Assembly: GCF_021378375.1 (NCBI RefSeq)
Contig: NZ_CP076228.1
Location: 900,001-932,000 of the forward strand
Length of the DNA stretch: 32,000 nucleotides
Direction of reading: 5' to 3'
From: Wolbachia endosymbiont of Drosophila innubila
GTDB lineage: Bacteria; Pseudomonadota; Alphaproteobacteria; Rickettsiales; Anaplasmataceae
Positions 1 through 9,453 of the stretch are shown piece by piece. The number at the start of each line of letters is the position of its first letter. Position 1 is the first letter of the stretch. Below the pieces are notes generated by a model. The model searched no databases. It had not been told where the DNA came from and worked only from the letters and a program-made list of their open reading frames with translations. The position numbers and the translations under genes are program-made.

Positions 1-1019
1 AGCTTATATAAATTTTTATACCCTTTTAAGGCAACAGTGTTCATTTCAATTTCAGCTGTGATATATGATTTACTGATAAATCCAACGGTTCCAGGAAATG
101 CAGCCATTGTAAGTATTGCGATTATAGCACACATGCCTTCCACTGACATCAGTTTACCCACTCCATTAAAACTAATTGTTTTTGTTTGTGAAATAATCGA
201 ATTACTGACCACAAACAATAATGATTGATAAACAAGAGAGAAGATTATATGCAGTATCAAAATTGGTATTGCTTTTTCCGAAGGACTGAGCAAACTTCCT
301 GCAATAATCAGCAAGCCCATTTGTCCTACAACGTTATAGCATAAAAATCTGCGAATATTTTGCTCAAGAGAAGCAAATATAATGCTGTAAATTGCAGTGA
401 TGGCGCCTACAAGCGCTAATATTTCAGTACAATCTTGCCATAGGTTATAAGTGTGTAAAAGCATCACTAAAAAAGAGACTTTAGTGGTAAATAAAGAGAG
501 ATATGTGGTGCCATGTAGCGATGCAGCAGGATATGCATCAACAACCCAAAATGAAAAAGGAAAACAAGCGCAGTTTATCAATAAACCCAAAATTATCAGG
601 TTAGTGCTTTGAAGTGCCAATCCTGCTATTAATATAACTCCAACGAAAAAGTGTACACAAGCGTACCTTATTGCAGGTCCACTATCTCTACAGCTAGCTG
701 CGATAATAAAAAATGCACTGATGGTCATTAATTCACAGAATATTATAACCAATATCATATGTTCAGATAAAACTGCATAAAGTGAACTAATAGTGTAAGC
801 AGCAAAAGATAGCATCTCTGAAAAAGTCAAATTTTGTGCTGGTAGAACAGCTAAAAATGCAACTGATAAAAAAGATATTAGTATGGTACGAAAAGATAAA
901 TCAAAATCTAGAATTGGGAGAGACCAATTTACTGCAATGCTCAAATTTTCAGGTAATTTTAGGACTATAACTATTAATACAGTCAGTAGAAGTAACAGTG
1001 ACGATTTATAAAGTTGCAC
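1..1019 (-). CDS. Mrp/Mnh-type cation:proton antiporter subunit D-like membrane protein (NuoL/M/N proton-translocating family); the 3' part runs off the window
   Basis: I translated the minus strand by hand. It is open from GTG 1019-1017 (alternative TTG at 1034) down to position 1: VQLYKSSLLLLLTVLIV...FWVVDAYPAASLHGTTYLSLFTTKVSFLVML...CYNVVGQMGLLIIAG... The product is a multi-pass hydrophobic protein with NuoN/MnhD-like motifs. It is absent from the ORF track, presumably because it is edge-truncated. Confidence 0.65.
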   Translation of the reverse strand, partial: MQLYKSSLLLLLTVLIVIVLKLPENLSIAVNWSLPILDFDLSFRTILISFLSVAFLAVLPAQNLTFSEMLSFAAYTISSLYAVLSEHMILVIIFCELMTISAFFIIAASCRDSGPAIRYACVHFFVGVILIAGLALQSTNLIILGLLINCACFPFSFWVVDAYPAASLHGTTYLSLFTTKVSFLVMLLHTYNLWQDCTEILALVGAITAIYSIIFASLEQNIRRFLCYNVVGQMGLLIIAGSLLSPSEKAIPILILHIIFSLVYQSLLFVVSNSIISQTKTISFNGVGKLMSVEGMCAIIAILTMAAFPGTVGFISKSYITAEIEMNTVALKGYKNLYK

Positions 1020-1142
1020 AATAATTAAAACCAATATGGTTTATGCTATCTCAATATATGAATAAAATCAATTTGCATATTAACCACTAATTAAACTAAT
1101 TATCATATAATTATATCAGAGTTTAGAGGGTTATAGAGAAAC

Positions 1143-1175
1143 CGGTCAGATTAGGTTTTTAATCTAATCTGACCG
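1143..1175. other. Perfect 12-bp stem hairpin (cggtcagattag / ctaatctgaccg, 9-nt loop) between the oxidoreductase stop and the mnhD-like start; possible terminator or attenuator
   Basis: The inverted repeat was read directly. A second, imperfect palindrome lies at about 1221-1271. There is no strong T-run on the transcribed (minus) strand, so terminator function is uncertain. Confidence 0.3.
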
Positions 1176-1322
1176 ACAGCTTTAATAGTGAGGTAAGCTT
1201 TAATATAGCACTCCTAATTCATAACGCTACACTCGTGCATAATTTATTTTTAATTTGTGCACGAGCGTTAGTAAATTATTTACTTTTTGAAATAAAATTT
1301 GGCATCACTTTAATATTGAGAC

Positions 1323-4205
1323 TTAGTAAACCTCAGTAGGTCTGCCAGTTGGGCCCATAAGAATTATTTGCTCGCCTTCTCTTAAGTGTCTGCATAAATT
1401 AGTGGAGCCGCCGATTTCCAGCACAATAGTGGAAATAATTCCTTTTTTTTTGTCTACTTCAGTGCCGGTTACGGCTATACCTTCCATAGCAAGGTTTGTA
1501 TTATTGGCTTTTCTGCCATTGGTTTCAAAATTTTGCAATCTAAAGAATTGCCCAGGCTTAAAATTCTTTGCCGCAAGTGGTGCTTTGATCACTATTTCCA
1601 CAACTTTGTCTGTTAAATATTGAACTTTTATAACCTTTGCAGTGAATTGCTCTTTGATTCTATTAAATAATTCTTTATTAGCCAAGTCTTCAACACTTGA
1701 CCACGCATTTTTTTTCTGGCCCACAACATCACACACTGGAATGACAGAAACGAAGCTATTAACTCCACTCAAAAGCTGAGAAATAATAGGGTAGCCGTTT
1801 TTAGCACTTGCCATAGCTTTCACGACGCTGCCACTATACGAAGGGTGAAGATCACCAAAAAAGCTGATTGTTTTATTGCCTTGCTTATACACTAATATTC
1901 TATCTTTATTTTGCATTTTAGGAGAAAATATTGGGTCTATTTCTTTTCCTGATGAATTCAAATGAGTAAAATACCCATTACTTAATTTAAAATGCTTTTT
2001 ATCTTCTGTTGCAATAACTGTATTTGGCTCAGTACCTGCTGCTATAAAAATAGAACGTGCTTTTATACGTTTGATTTCGCCGGATTTTGTGTCTATCAGT
2101 TTTATTAATTCAGCATGGTTATATTTATCCGTCACAACTTCAACTGGCTCTAAGTTTTCAATAAAGTAAATTCCTTCTGACAGTGCATTTTGCACCTCTT
2201 CGCTATTTAATCGATAACTTGGTGAATCTTTTAGCTCTTTTCTATATATAACTTTCACTCCCCCGAGGCTCTGCATTAACTCTAATATTTTTATTTCTCT
2301 ATTCTCTTTTTTTGCTAACTTTTGCTTTTCTCGGATCAATTGTGCGTGCGATATAAACTCATTCGCAATTTCGCGCTCTTCTTCTGTCCAATCTTTTTCA
2401 ACACAGTCCTTTCCATACTTATCAACTAATATCTCATAACGAAGAAGAAATTTTTCTACTTGAATTGGATAATACGCTAAAGCTTCAGTGGCAGTGTCAA
2501 TCGCAGTAAGCCCCGCCCCTATGACAACTATCGGCATACGAACTTGCAGATTTGCTATAGAATCAAATTTAAGAGCGCCAGTCAGTTGTAACGACATCAG
2601 AAAATCAGATGCCATGCGTACTCCACGAGCTAGTATGTTTTTTATTTTGATCATTCGTGGCTTACCAGAGCCAAGTGCTAGGGCGATGTGATCAAAACCC
2701 AAGTTGAACGCGTCATCAGCATTAATCGTGCCACCAAAACGAATGCCTCCATAAAGTACGAAATTCTCACGTCTTTCCAGCAGTAATCTAATAATCTTTA
2801 AGTAATTCTTATCCCACCGAGAAGTAATGCCATATTCTGCCACCCCACCAAACCCTCCTGCCGTGCGTTCACTCAATTTTTCGTGTTTGAAATCTTTAAT
2901 TAGCTGGAAATTATCGATCAAAGGTTCAATCTTTAGTCCATCAATGGTGATAACGTTATGCCCATCATTCAACAAATGATGAGCTAAATTAAAACCAGCA
3001 GGACCAAGGCCTACAACTAGAACGTTTTTTCCGGTGTTTTCTCTTGGCAATGAACGCTGAAAATTTAAAGGATTCCAACGGCTGAGCAGAGAATATATTT
3101 CAAATCCGTACGGTAAACTGAGCACATCATCCAGAATCCTTGTTTCAATTGCTGGCACATTTACGGGTTCTTGTTTTTGATATATGCACGAATTCATGCA
3201 GTCATTGCATATTCTGTGTCCAGTAGCCGCGCATAATGGGTTATCTATCATCACAATTGCAAGACTTGCTATGCTGTACCCTTCGCTTTTCACCAGATTC
3301 ATTTCTGATATTTTCTGCTCTAGTGGGCAGCCGTGCAGTTCAACTCTAAGTGGAGACTTTTTGAAAGTATTGTCATCATTAATTAGCCCCTTTGAGCAGC
3401 TATCCTTACTTTGCTTATGACAAAATATGCAGTAGTGAGCATTATCCAATGCTTTATCTAAACTAGCCTTTTCACTTGTTAGGTCAAAACCGTATCGTCT
3501 TTTTACTTCATTTGAATACAGCACTTCAACTTTGTCTACTTCTTTTTTAGAAAATGGTATGAGGTTTTCGTGGTCAATTTTTTTATGTATGCTAAATAAT
3601 ATACTCTGTTTATTTTTTACTCTCCACACTGCATATTGTGCCGCAAGTTCTATTTCCTCTTTGTGATTTTCTTTATCTTCAAACCAATGCATCACCTGCT
3701 CAGCAAAATTTTTTTCTGTTGTTGGCAAAGTGAGAAAATGACTTAGTTTGTTAGTAATATCTATATTCGCCACATTAGTGTATTTCTTCAATGCATAGCG
3801 TTGGACAAATAATCTTTTGCACTTATATATTACAGCAAAGTCGTTGTGCTTTTTCTTTAGCTCCTCTATTTCTTTTTCAACATTAAAAAGTTTTGCAATA
3901 AATTCATCAAGTAAATATGAGAGGTCTATAATGAGCTGGCTATCTGTCATCCAAGTAGCTGACCGTTCTTCTTGTTTTCTAGATCCCAGTGTCAAGCACT
4001 GGGATGACGGGGGGTGACACTGGGATGATGGGAGGTGACACTGGGATGACATCGAAGAAGAAGCTGCTTTTTCTCTTGCTTCAATTAATGAACAAAACAA
4101 GCTCTCATCACATGATTTAATATAATTCAAAAATGTCTCATCTAATTTTGTTAATCCATTGCGAGTATATAGATTCGAAAATGAGATTTTGAAATTCAGC
4201 TTCAT
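1323..4205 (-). CDS. Large multidomain Fe-S/FAD oxidoreductase (glutamate synthase small-subunit/GltD-like) with a C-terminal PyrK/FNR-like beta-barrel
   Basis: The 960-aa ORF has Cys clusters (CIFCHKQSKDSC, HGCP, CAATGHRICNDCMNSC). It has two Rossmann dinucleotide motifs (VLVVGLGPAGFNLAHHL and VVIGAGLTAIDTATEA). Its C-terminal FNR-type module reads KPGQFFRLQ...GPTGRP. Confidence 0.55.
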   Translation of the reverse strand: MKLNFKISFSNLYTRNGLTKLDETFLNYIKSCDESLFCSLIEAREKAASSSMSSQCHLPSSQCHPPSSQCLTLGSRKQEERSATWMTDSQLIIDLSYLLDEFIAKLFNVEKEIEELKKKHNDFAVIYKCKRLFVQRYALKKYTNVANIDITNKLSHFLTLPTTEKNFAEQVMHWFEDKENHKEEIELAAQYAVWRVKNKQSILFSIHKKIDHENLIPFSKKEVDKVEVLYSNEVKRRYGFDLTSEKASLDKALDNAHYCIFCHKQSKDSCSKGLINDDNTFKKSPLRVELHGCPLEQKISEMNLVKSEGYSIASLAIVMIDNPLCAATGHRICNDCMNSCIYQKQEPVNVPAIETRILDDVLSLPYGFEIYSLLSRWNPLNFQRSLPRENTGKNVLVVGLGPAGFNLAHHLLNDGHNVITIDGLKIEPLIDNFQLIKDFKHEKLSERTAGGFGGVAEYGITSRWDKNYLKIIRLLLERRENFVLYGGIRFGGTINADDAFNLGFDHIALALGSGKPRMIKIKNILARGVRMASDFLMSLQLTGALKFDSIANLQVRMPIVVIGAGLTAIDTATEALAYYPIQVEKFLLRYEILVDKYGKDCVEKDWTEEEREIANEFISHAQLIREKQKLAKKENREIKILELMQSLGGVKVIYRKELKDSPSYRLNSEEVQNALSEGIYFIENLEPVEVVTDKYNHAELIKLIDTKSGEIKRIKARSIFIAAGTEPNTVIATEDKKHFKLSNGYFTHLNSSGKEIDPIFSPKMQNKDRILVYKQGNKTISFFGDLHPSYSGSVVKAMASAKNGYPIISQLLSGVNSFVSVIPVCDVVGQKKNAWSSVEDLANKELFNRIKEQFTAKVIKVQYLTDKVVEIVIKAPLAAKNFKPGQFFRLQNFETNGRKANNTNLAMEGIAVTGTEVDKKKGIISTIVLEIGGSTNLCRHLREGEQIILMGPTGRPTEVY
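3945..4055. repeat. Palindromic repeat element inserted in frame in the oxidoreductase CDS; includes 3 tandem 21-bp units (3993-4013, 4014-4034, 4035-4055)
   Basis: The sequence is tgtcatccaagtagc...atcccagtgtcaagcactgggatgac, followed by the unit gtgacactgggatga repeated with a 21-bp period. It is translated as SSQCHLP SSQCHPP SSQCLTLGS...SATWMT. Confidence 0.8.
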
Positions 4206-4250
4206 TGCTATACTATAAAGTGTACATGCTGTTTCTTACAGATGAAGATT

Positions 4251-4694
4251 TTATTTATTTTGCAATACTGCTGAGATTGTTGCTTCTGCAACTTTTTCTT
4301 CGCTAACAGATGCAATACACCTAAATTTGTATACACCTAAACACACACTTTGAATGTTAGCTTGAAGAATCAATGTGTCCCCTGGAGTAACTAGCTTTCT
4401 GAATTTTGCATTTTCAATGGATCTCAAGTAAACAACTTTATTTTCTATTGTTTCTTTACCTAGAACACATATAGCAGATGCCTGAGCTAGAGATTCAATT
4501 ATCAAGACTCCTGGCATTATCGGATGACCAGGGAAGTGGCCAATAAAAAATGGCTCATTGAAAGTCACATTTTTGATTGCTTTTATACTTTTACCAGGAT
4601 CACACTCTATAACTCTATCTACTAAGAGAAACGGATAAGAATGTGGTAGTGTTTTTATAATATCACTGATATTAAATTGCATAAGTCTATTCAA
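4251..4694 (-). CDS. fabZ: 3-hydroxyacyl-ACP dehydratase FabZ
   Basis: The 147-aa product has the hot-dog fold motif [23 protein letters not shown]. The gene overlaps the skp stop by 8 nt. Confidence 0.9.
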   Translation of the reverse strand: MNRLMQFNISDIIKTLPHSYPFLLVDRVIECDPGKSIKAIKNVTFNEPFFIGHFPGHPIMPGVLIIESLAQASAICVLGKETIENKVVYLRSIENAKFRKLVTPGDTLILQANIQSVCLGVYKFRCIASVSEEKVAEATISAVLQNK

Positions 4695-5238
4695 TGCCTT
4701 TTAAAGCAAATTCAGGTATTTCCTTGTTTATATTGTTTAATACCACATCTGATAAATCAACTTCATCCATGGAGTATAAAACTTGGTTCTTTTTTGAAAT
4801 AAATAGTACCAAATCTATGTTGTTTTTTTCTGCCGTTTTTTTAGTGACTTCTTTTATCTTGTTAAAAACACTCTCTACTGCTTCTCTATAGCTTTCTTCT
4901 AAATGTAACATTTTTTTAGCATAATTATCTCTAACATTTACAGTGTGCTTATTAAATTGTCCTGTCTTTTCCTTTTTTGCTTCTTCTGACAAAAGGTCAA
5001 ATTCTTCTTTTGATGGCTTAAGTTTTTCTAACTCATTTTCAAATTCTTGTTGTAATCTAGAATTCTGCTCCTTTATTTGTTGTTGTATATTTTGCAGAGC
5101 AAGAGATTCATTGATGACTTTTTCACTATCGATAATTGCAGCCTTTGTGTTCTGAGGTTGATATCCTACAAACTTATACCCCACAAATAAGGAAATAATT
5201 AAGGCAATAACTGATATAAATAACTGTATATATTTCAT
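4687..5238 (-). CDS. skp: OmpH/Skp-family periplasmic chaperone
   Basis: The 183-aa product has an N-terminal signal or TM segment and a charged coiled-coil body. The gene sits immediately downstream of bamA, the conserved position. Confidence 0.75.
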   Translation of the reverse strand: MKYIQLFISVIALIISLFVGYKFVGYQPQNTKAAIIDSEKVINESLALQNIQQQIKEQNSRLQQEFENELEKLKPSKEEFDLLSEEAKKEKTGQFNKHTVNVRDNYAKKMLHLEESYREAVESVFNKIKEVTKKTAEKNNIDLVLFISKKNQVLYSMDEVDLSDVVLNNINKEIPEFALKGIE

Positions 5239-7575
5239 TCAAATCCCCGCTTCAATAGAAAATTTAACATTTGGTGATGGTATTATATCATAAGATTCCT
5301 TTACTAAAGGAAACCCGAAATCCAATCTAAGTCTACCAAAAGGAGAAAGCATTGAAAAGCCAAAACCTGGTGACACTCTCACAAGCTTGCTATCATAGTA
5401 TTTCCCTTCATACTTCTTATTTTTATCATCTAAGCCAAAAAGTGTTGCATAGTCAACAAATAGTGAGCCTTTGATACCAGCATAGTCATATAGTTTTGGT
5501 AGAGGAAAATCCACTTGCTGTGTTAGATTAAAATAAGTTTTGCCTCCTAATGAGCTTTTATTTTTGTCTTCTGCTCTTGGTCCAATACCGGAAAGGTCAA
5601 ACCCTCTAATCTCATTACCCCCTTTAAAAAAGTGCTGGCCAATGTTTAGATTTTCATCAGTATAAGAAAAAATATGACCTGCCGCCATCTTAAAGCGTAG
5701 CGTTATATCATCGTCAATTTTGCTTAATATAGGGTGCGTATAAAAAGATAAGAATTCAGATTTCAGGAAATTCACGTTTCCTCCCAATCCTGAAATATCC
5801 TGACTTAAGCGCAGTAAATACCCTTCTTTTGGAGTATAGAGGTTATCCAGTTTATTATATGCCAACGTGTATCCCACTGATGAAATCTGATGTTTACCTT
5901 TTCGGTCCAGTATTATTTCAGAGATATCGGTGTCTTGTCCACCCTTATTATCCATGTGTATATGATTATACTTATAAGAATAGCGAAGGGAATTAGTTAA
6001 GTTCTCTGTGACTTTATATGATAACTTTGTAAAAAATCCCATATCGCAACTATCAAAAGTAGTGTTTGGTTTATCTTGTTTTTCATAAAATACACCCATG
6101 CCTAGTGACGTATCAGAATCGTTAAAATTATTTTCAACAAACTCTAAATCAGTAGAAAATACGTATTGACTTTTTTCAAGAGCAAAAGAGAGCTCTTTTC
6201 CAGTACCAAATAAATTACGGTCTTTGAGGTCAATTTTAATCAATGCTCCACCAGGAAGAGACACACCTCCTCCCAAATACAACGAAGTAGTGTTTTTTTC
6301 TTTAACACTTAAGTCAAGATTTACTGCATTATCATTAACTGCATAACTATTTACTTTCACTGTTTCAAAAAAATCACTACTCATTAGTTTTTTACGTGAC
6401 TTTTGAATCTCAGATATATTGTACGCATCACCTTCTGCTACACTTAGCTTACTTCTGATCACTTTATCTAAAGTGCGATCGTTACCATCAATTGTAATTT
6501 GATTTATATAAATCTTTTTACCCGGCAGCACTCTGTAGGTTACATCTACAACATTGTCACGTTGTGCATACTCTGGATTAACTTTTGCAAATATATATCC
6601 TTTCTCATTTAAATATTTGTTTATTTTTTCTACTGTATTATTAATTTTAACTCTATTAAATATCTTACCGTTTTCCTCTGTTATAAAATCCAATATTTCT
6701 TCTTTTAGGCTCAAATCCTGAATTTCAGTTTCAATATTAACCTCATTATTTCCAAATAAATACTGCTGTCCTTCGTCAATCAAAAAAGTTAACTCTGTTT
6801 GATTGTTATTATCAATCTCAACAATTGGTTGAATATTATTTTGAATATATCCTTTAGATGAATAAAAATGATCGAGCAATTCTGTGTTAATCAATAGATA
6901 TTGCGGTGAATAATGATTTCCGCCTTTAAAAATAGCTCTAAATAACTTACTAAATATGTCATTACTATGTCTTTTGATAACTTGCTCTAGCTCATTTTCA
7001 GAAAAGTTTTTGTTGCCTATAAATCTTATATCCTTAATTTTAGAGGTTTTGCCTTCTTTTATTTTAAAAATTAGATTGACTCTATTGCCATCAAGCTTAT
7101 TCAGGTCATATTCAATTTTAACACCAATCTTACCGTTATTTCTATAAGTAGTGACTAAATTCACTAAATCGTTTTGCAATTTTGTTTCAGTTAAAATAGT
7201 TAGCGACTTTGATTGAATCACATTACTTAGCAGCTCTTTGCTGTTAAATAACTTATTGCCTTTTAACACTACCTTGTTAATCAGTGGATTTTCTTGAATT
7301 TTTATTACTAAATTTTTTTTATCATCTATGTAAGCATTAACACTAGCAAATAACTTTGTTTTATATAGATCTTTTATAATTGAGTCTATATCATCGTCGT
7401 TTATATAATCACCAGATTTTAGTTTTATATAGAACCCTATTGTCTGGTTGCTTACCCTCTCATTACCAATACATTTGACATCTTTCACCTGCACTTTTTC
7501 CGCAGTTCCTAAAGCAACAAGCAGGGCAGGAAAAGAAATAAAAACCACTACCAGTATATAAAATAGCTTTTTCAT
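5239..7575 (-). CDS. bamA: Outer membrane protein assembly factor BamA (Omp85)
   Basis: The 778-aa product has a signal peptide, repeated POTRA-like segments and a C-terminal beta-barrel ending FSIEAGI. Synteny is rseP-bamA-skp. Confidence 0.9.
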   Translation of the reverse strand: MKKLFYILVVVFISFPALLVALGTAEKVQVKDVKCIGNERVSNQTIGFYIKLKSGDYINDDDIDSIIKDLYKTKLFASVNAYIDDKKNLVIKIQENPLINKVVLKGNKLFNSKELLSNVIQSKSLTILTETKLQNDLVNLVTTYRNNGKIGVKIEYDLNKLDGNRVNLIFKIKEGKTSKIKDIRFIGNKNFSENELEQVIKRHSNDIFSKLFRAIFKGGNHYSPQYLLINTELLDHFYSSKGYIQNNIQPIVEIDNNNQTELTFLIDEGQQYLFGNNEVNIETEIQDLSLKEEILDFITEENGKIFNRVKINNTVEKINKYLNEKGYIFAKVNPEYAQRDNVVDVTYRVLPGKKIYINQITIDGNDRTLDKVIRSKLSVAEGDAYNISEIQKSRKKLMSSDFFETVKVNSYAVNDNAVNLDLSVKEKNTTSLYLGGGVSLPGGALIKIDLKDRNLFGTGKELSFALEKSQYVFSTDLEFVENNFNDSDTSLGMGVFYEKQDKPNTTFDSCDMGFFTKLSYKVTENLTNSLRYSYKYNHIHMDNKGGQDTDISEIILDRKGKHQISSVGYTLAYNKLDNLYTPKEGYLLRLSQDISGLGGNVNFLKSEFLSFYTHPILSKIDDDITLRFKMAAGHIFSYTDENLNIGQHFFKGGNEIRGFDLSGIGPRAEDKNKSSLGGKTYFNLTQQVDFPLPKLYDYAGIKGSLFVDYATLFGLDDKNKKYEGKYYDSKLVRVSPGFGFSMLSPFGRLRLDFGFPLVKESYDIIPSPNVKFSIEAGI

Positions 7576-7583
7576 ATTTTATT

Positions 7584-8702
7584 TCAAAAAAGATCCCTAA
7601 TATCATTTGACATTCCAGTTGCCATAAGCAAAAACAACACTAAAGCACCAAAAATAGCTGCATATTTTTGACATTTCAAGCTTAAATCCCTACGTATAAC
7701 CGCTTCTATGATATAATGAAATAAATGCCCACCATCTAGCAGTGGTATTGGCAGCAAGTTAATTGCAGCTAAATTAGCTGAAATGATTGCCATAAAATAT
7801 AGAACCATAATAAATCCCTTTTTAGCTGATTGTCCTGAATATTTTGCGATTTTTATTGGTCCACCTATTTCACTTGCACTCCTCTTACCAACAATAATTT
7901 GAAAGATAGCTTTAATCGTTAAGCACATAGTGTGGTAAGTTTCACTTACTGATAAGCTCACAGCCCCAAGAAAAGACGACTGCTTTAATGTATTGACTGA
8001 AATAATCCCTATAGTTTCTCTTTCTATTGTGTTGCCAAAAACGTCTTTGCCCTTGATTATTAATGGAGTTAAACTGGTCCTGTGCTTCTCATTATTTCTG
8101 CTATACTCAATCTCCATTCTTGTTTTAGGATTCGACATTATCACACGTGAAATATCTTCAAAGTATTTTATTTTATGCTCATTGATTTGTGTAATAGTGT
8201 CACCTGGCAACAAACCAGCTTGCTTAGCTGCACTACCTTCGATTACATTTTCAATCACCGGTGGAGTGCGATAATAACCTGCTATGCTAAAAAATATTGT
8301 AAAAGCTATAACAGCAAATACCATGTTTGCAAAAGGCCCTGCAAAAACTACTGCTGCTTTTTTATGACGCGGTTTTGTATGAAATGAATACAATTTTTCT
8401 TCTTTCGTTAATTCTTGTTGATCAGCTGGGACACTCGCTGCATTAGTATCTCCTAGCATTTTAACATAACCACCCAATGGAACAACGCTTAATTTCCATC
8501 TAGTTCCAGACTTATCGTTAAAACCAAAAATTTCAGGACCAAAACCTATGGAAAAAGATTCAACTTTAACTTTGCATGCTTTGGCAACAACATAATGCCC
8601 ATATTCATGCACGAATACTATGACAGAAATTATTAAAGAAAATGATAAAAAATAATATATTCCATCGCTAAATTGATGGATAAGATTAGAAATTAATTCC
8701 AC
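7584..8702 (-). CDS. rseP: RIP zinc metalloprotease RseP (M50 family)
   Basis: The 372-aa product has the HEYGHY zinc motif in TM1, a central PDZ-like region (AAKQAGLLPGDTI) and C-terminal NLLPIPLLDGG. Confidence 0.9.
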   Translation of the reverse strand: MELISNLIHQFSDGIYYFLSFSLIISVIVFVHEYGHYVVAKACKVKVESFSIGFGPEIFGFNDKSGTRWKLSVVPLGGYVKMLGDTNAASVPADQQELTKEEKLYSFHTKPRHKKAAVVFAGPFANMVFAVIAFTIFFSIAGYYRTPPVIENVIEGSAAKQAGLLPGDTITQINEHKIKYFEDISRVIMSNPKTRMEIEYSRNNEKHRTSLTPLIIKGKDVFGNTIERETIGIISVNTLKQSSFLGAVSLSVSETYHTMCLTIKAIFQIIVGKRSASEIGGPIKIAKYSGQSAKKGFIMVLYFMAIISANLAAINLLPIPLLDGGHLFHYIIEAVIRRDLSLKCQKYAAIFGALVLFLLMATGMSNDIRDLF

Positions 8703-8754
8703 CTGTATATTTAGATCTTAACAAAATGTTAAGTATATTAAAATGCGCCTCGCT

Positions 8755-8783
8755 TGACAAGTATTTAGTTTAACTTTTAAATT
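8755..8783 (+). promoter_or_regulatory. Sigma70-like promoter candidate for sdhE (TTGACA-17 nt-TTAAAT)
   Basis: ttgaca lies at 8755-8760, followed by a 17-nt spacer and ttaaat at 8778-8783, 18 nt upstream of the ATG at 8802. This is a motif match only. Confidence 0.3.
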
Positions 8784-8801
8784 AAAAAAAGTTTAATTGT
8801 A

Positions 8802-9080
8802 ATGACAGATACCTCACTACTCAGAAGAAAATTAATATATAGAAGCTGGCATAGGGGTTGCAAAGAAACCGATATACTTTTAGGGCATTTCGCATTGAAA
8901 TATCTTGATAAATTTTCCTTAAGCGAACTAATCGAATACGAAAAAATAGTTGATCTTGATGATTACGAATTATATTGTTACATAACTCGTAAGACAAACC
9001 TCCCTCCTGGCTTGAATAGTCAGATAGTCAATTTAATTGCTTGCTTTATTGAAGCTAATCCTTTATGCACTCAAGATTAG
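8802..9080 (+). CDS. sdhE: Succinate dehydrogenase flavinylation/assembly factor SdhE (SdhAF2, DUF339)
   Basis: The 92-aa product carries RRKLIYRSWHRGCKETDILLGHF, which matches the conserved RxxxRxxRGxxExDxLL core of the SdhE family. Confidence 0.7.
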   Translation: MTDTSLLRRKLIYRSWHRGCKETDILLGHFALKYLDKFSLSELIEYEKIVDLDDYELYCYITRKTNLPPGLNSQIVNLIACFIEANPLCTQD

Positions 9081-9381
9081 TGATAATCTTATTTACCTTA
9101 TCTAGTACCTCAGTATATTCTATTCTTTTCTCGTTTCTATACTTTTCGCGCTCTTGATTTACTTCATCTAATCGCTTTGTTAATTCTAAAATTTTATCCT
9201 CAAGAATTAGTGCTGCAAGTAAGAAATTTAATGCATCCGAACCCTTACCTCCAGTTTTTTGAGATACAGAACTAACTAACTTGTCAAAACTATTAGCAAG
9301 GCGTAATAAATGATTCTCCTTCCCACTTTCGCAAGATATTTTATATGTGTTATTACGTATAACTATTTCTACTACTTGCAT
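9055..9381 (-). CDS. zapA: Cell division protein ZapA
   Basis: The 108-aa product has an N-terminal beta region (VEIVIRNNTYKISCESGKENHLLRLA) and a C-terminal coiled coil, which is a ZapA-like layout. Confidence 0.65.
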   Translation of the reverse strand: MQVVEIVIRNNTYKISCESGKENHLLRLANSFDKLVSSVSQKTGGKGSDALNFLLAALILEDKILELTKRLDEVNQEREKYRNEKRIEYTEVLDKVNKIITNLECIKD

Positions 9382-9453
9382 ATGGTGCTAAAAATTTCTA
9401 TCGTACAGTATAAACTCAAACCCCTACTTTCATCTTATTTATGGTATAAATTT

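Noticed and set aside
37-228. 63-aa plus-strand ORF at the window start.
   Set aside because: It lies antisense within the edge-truncated mnhD-like membrane protein gene, so it is a shadow ORF.
9055-9080. 26-bp convergent 3'-end overlap of sdhE and zapA as a possible antisense regulatory arrangement.
   Set aside because: Short convergent overlaps are common in compact genomes. No additional structure was seen, so it is not worth a finding.
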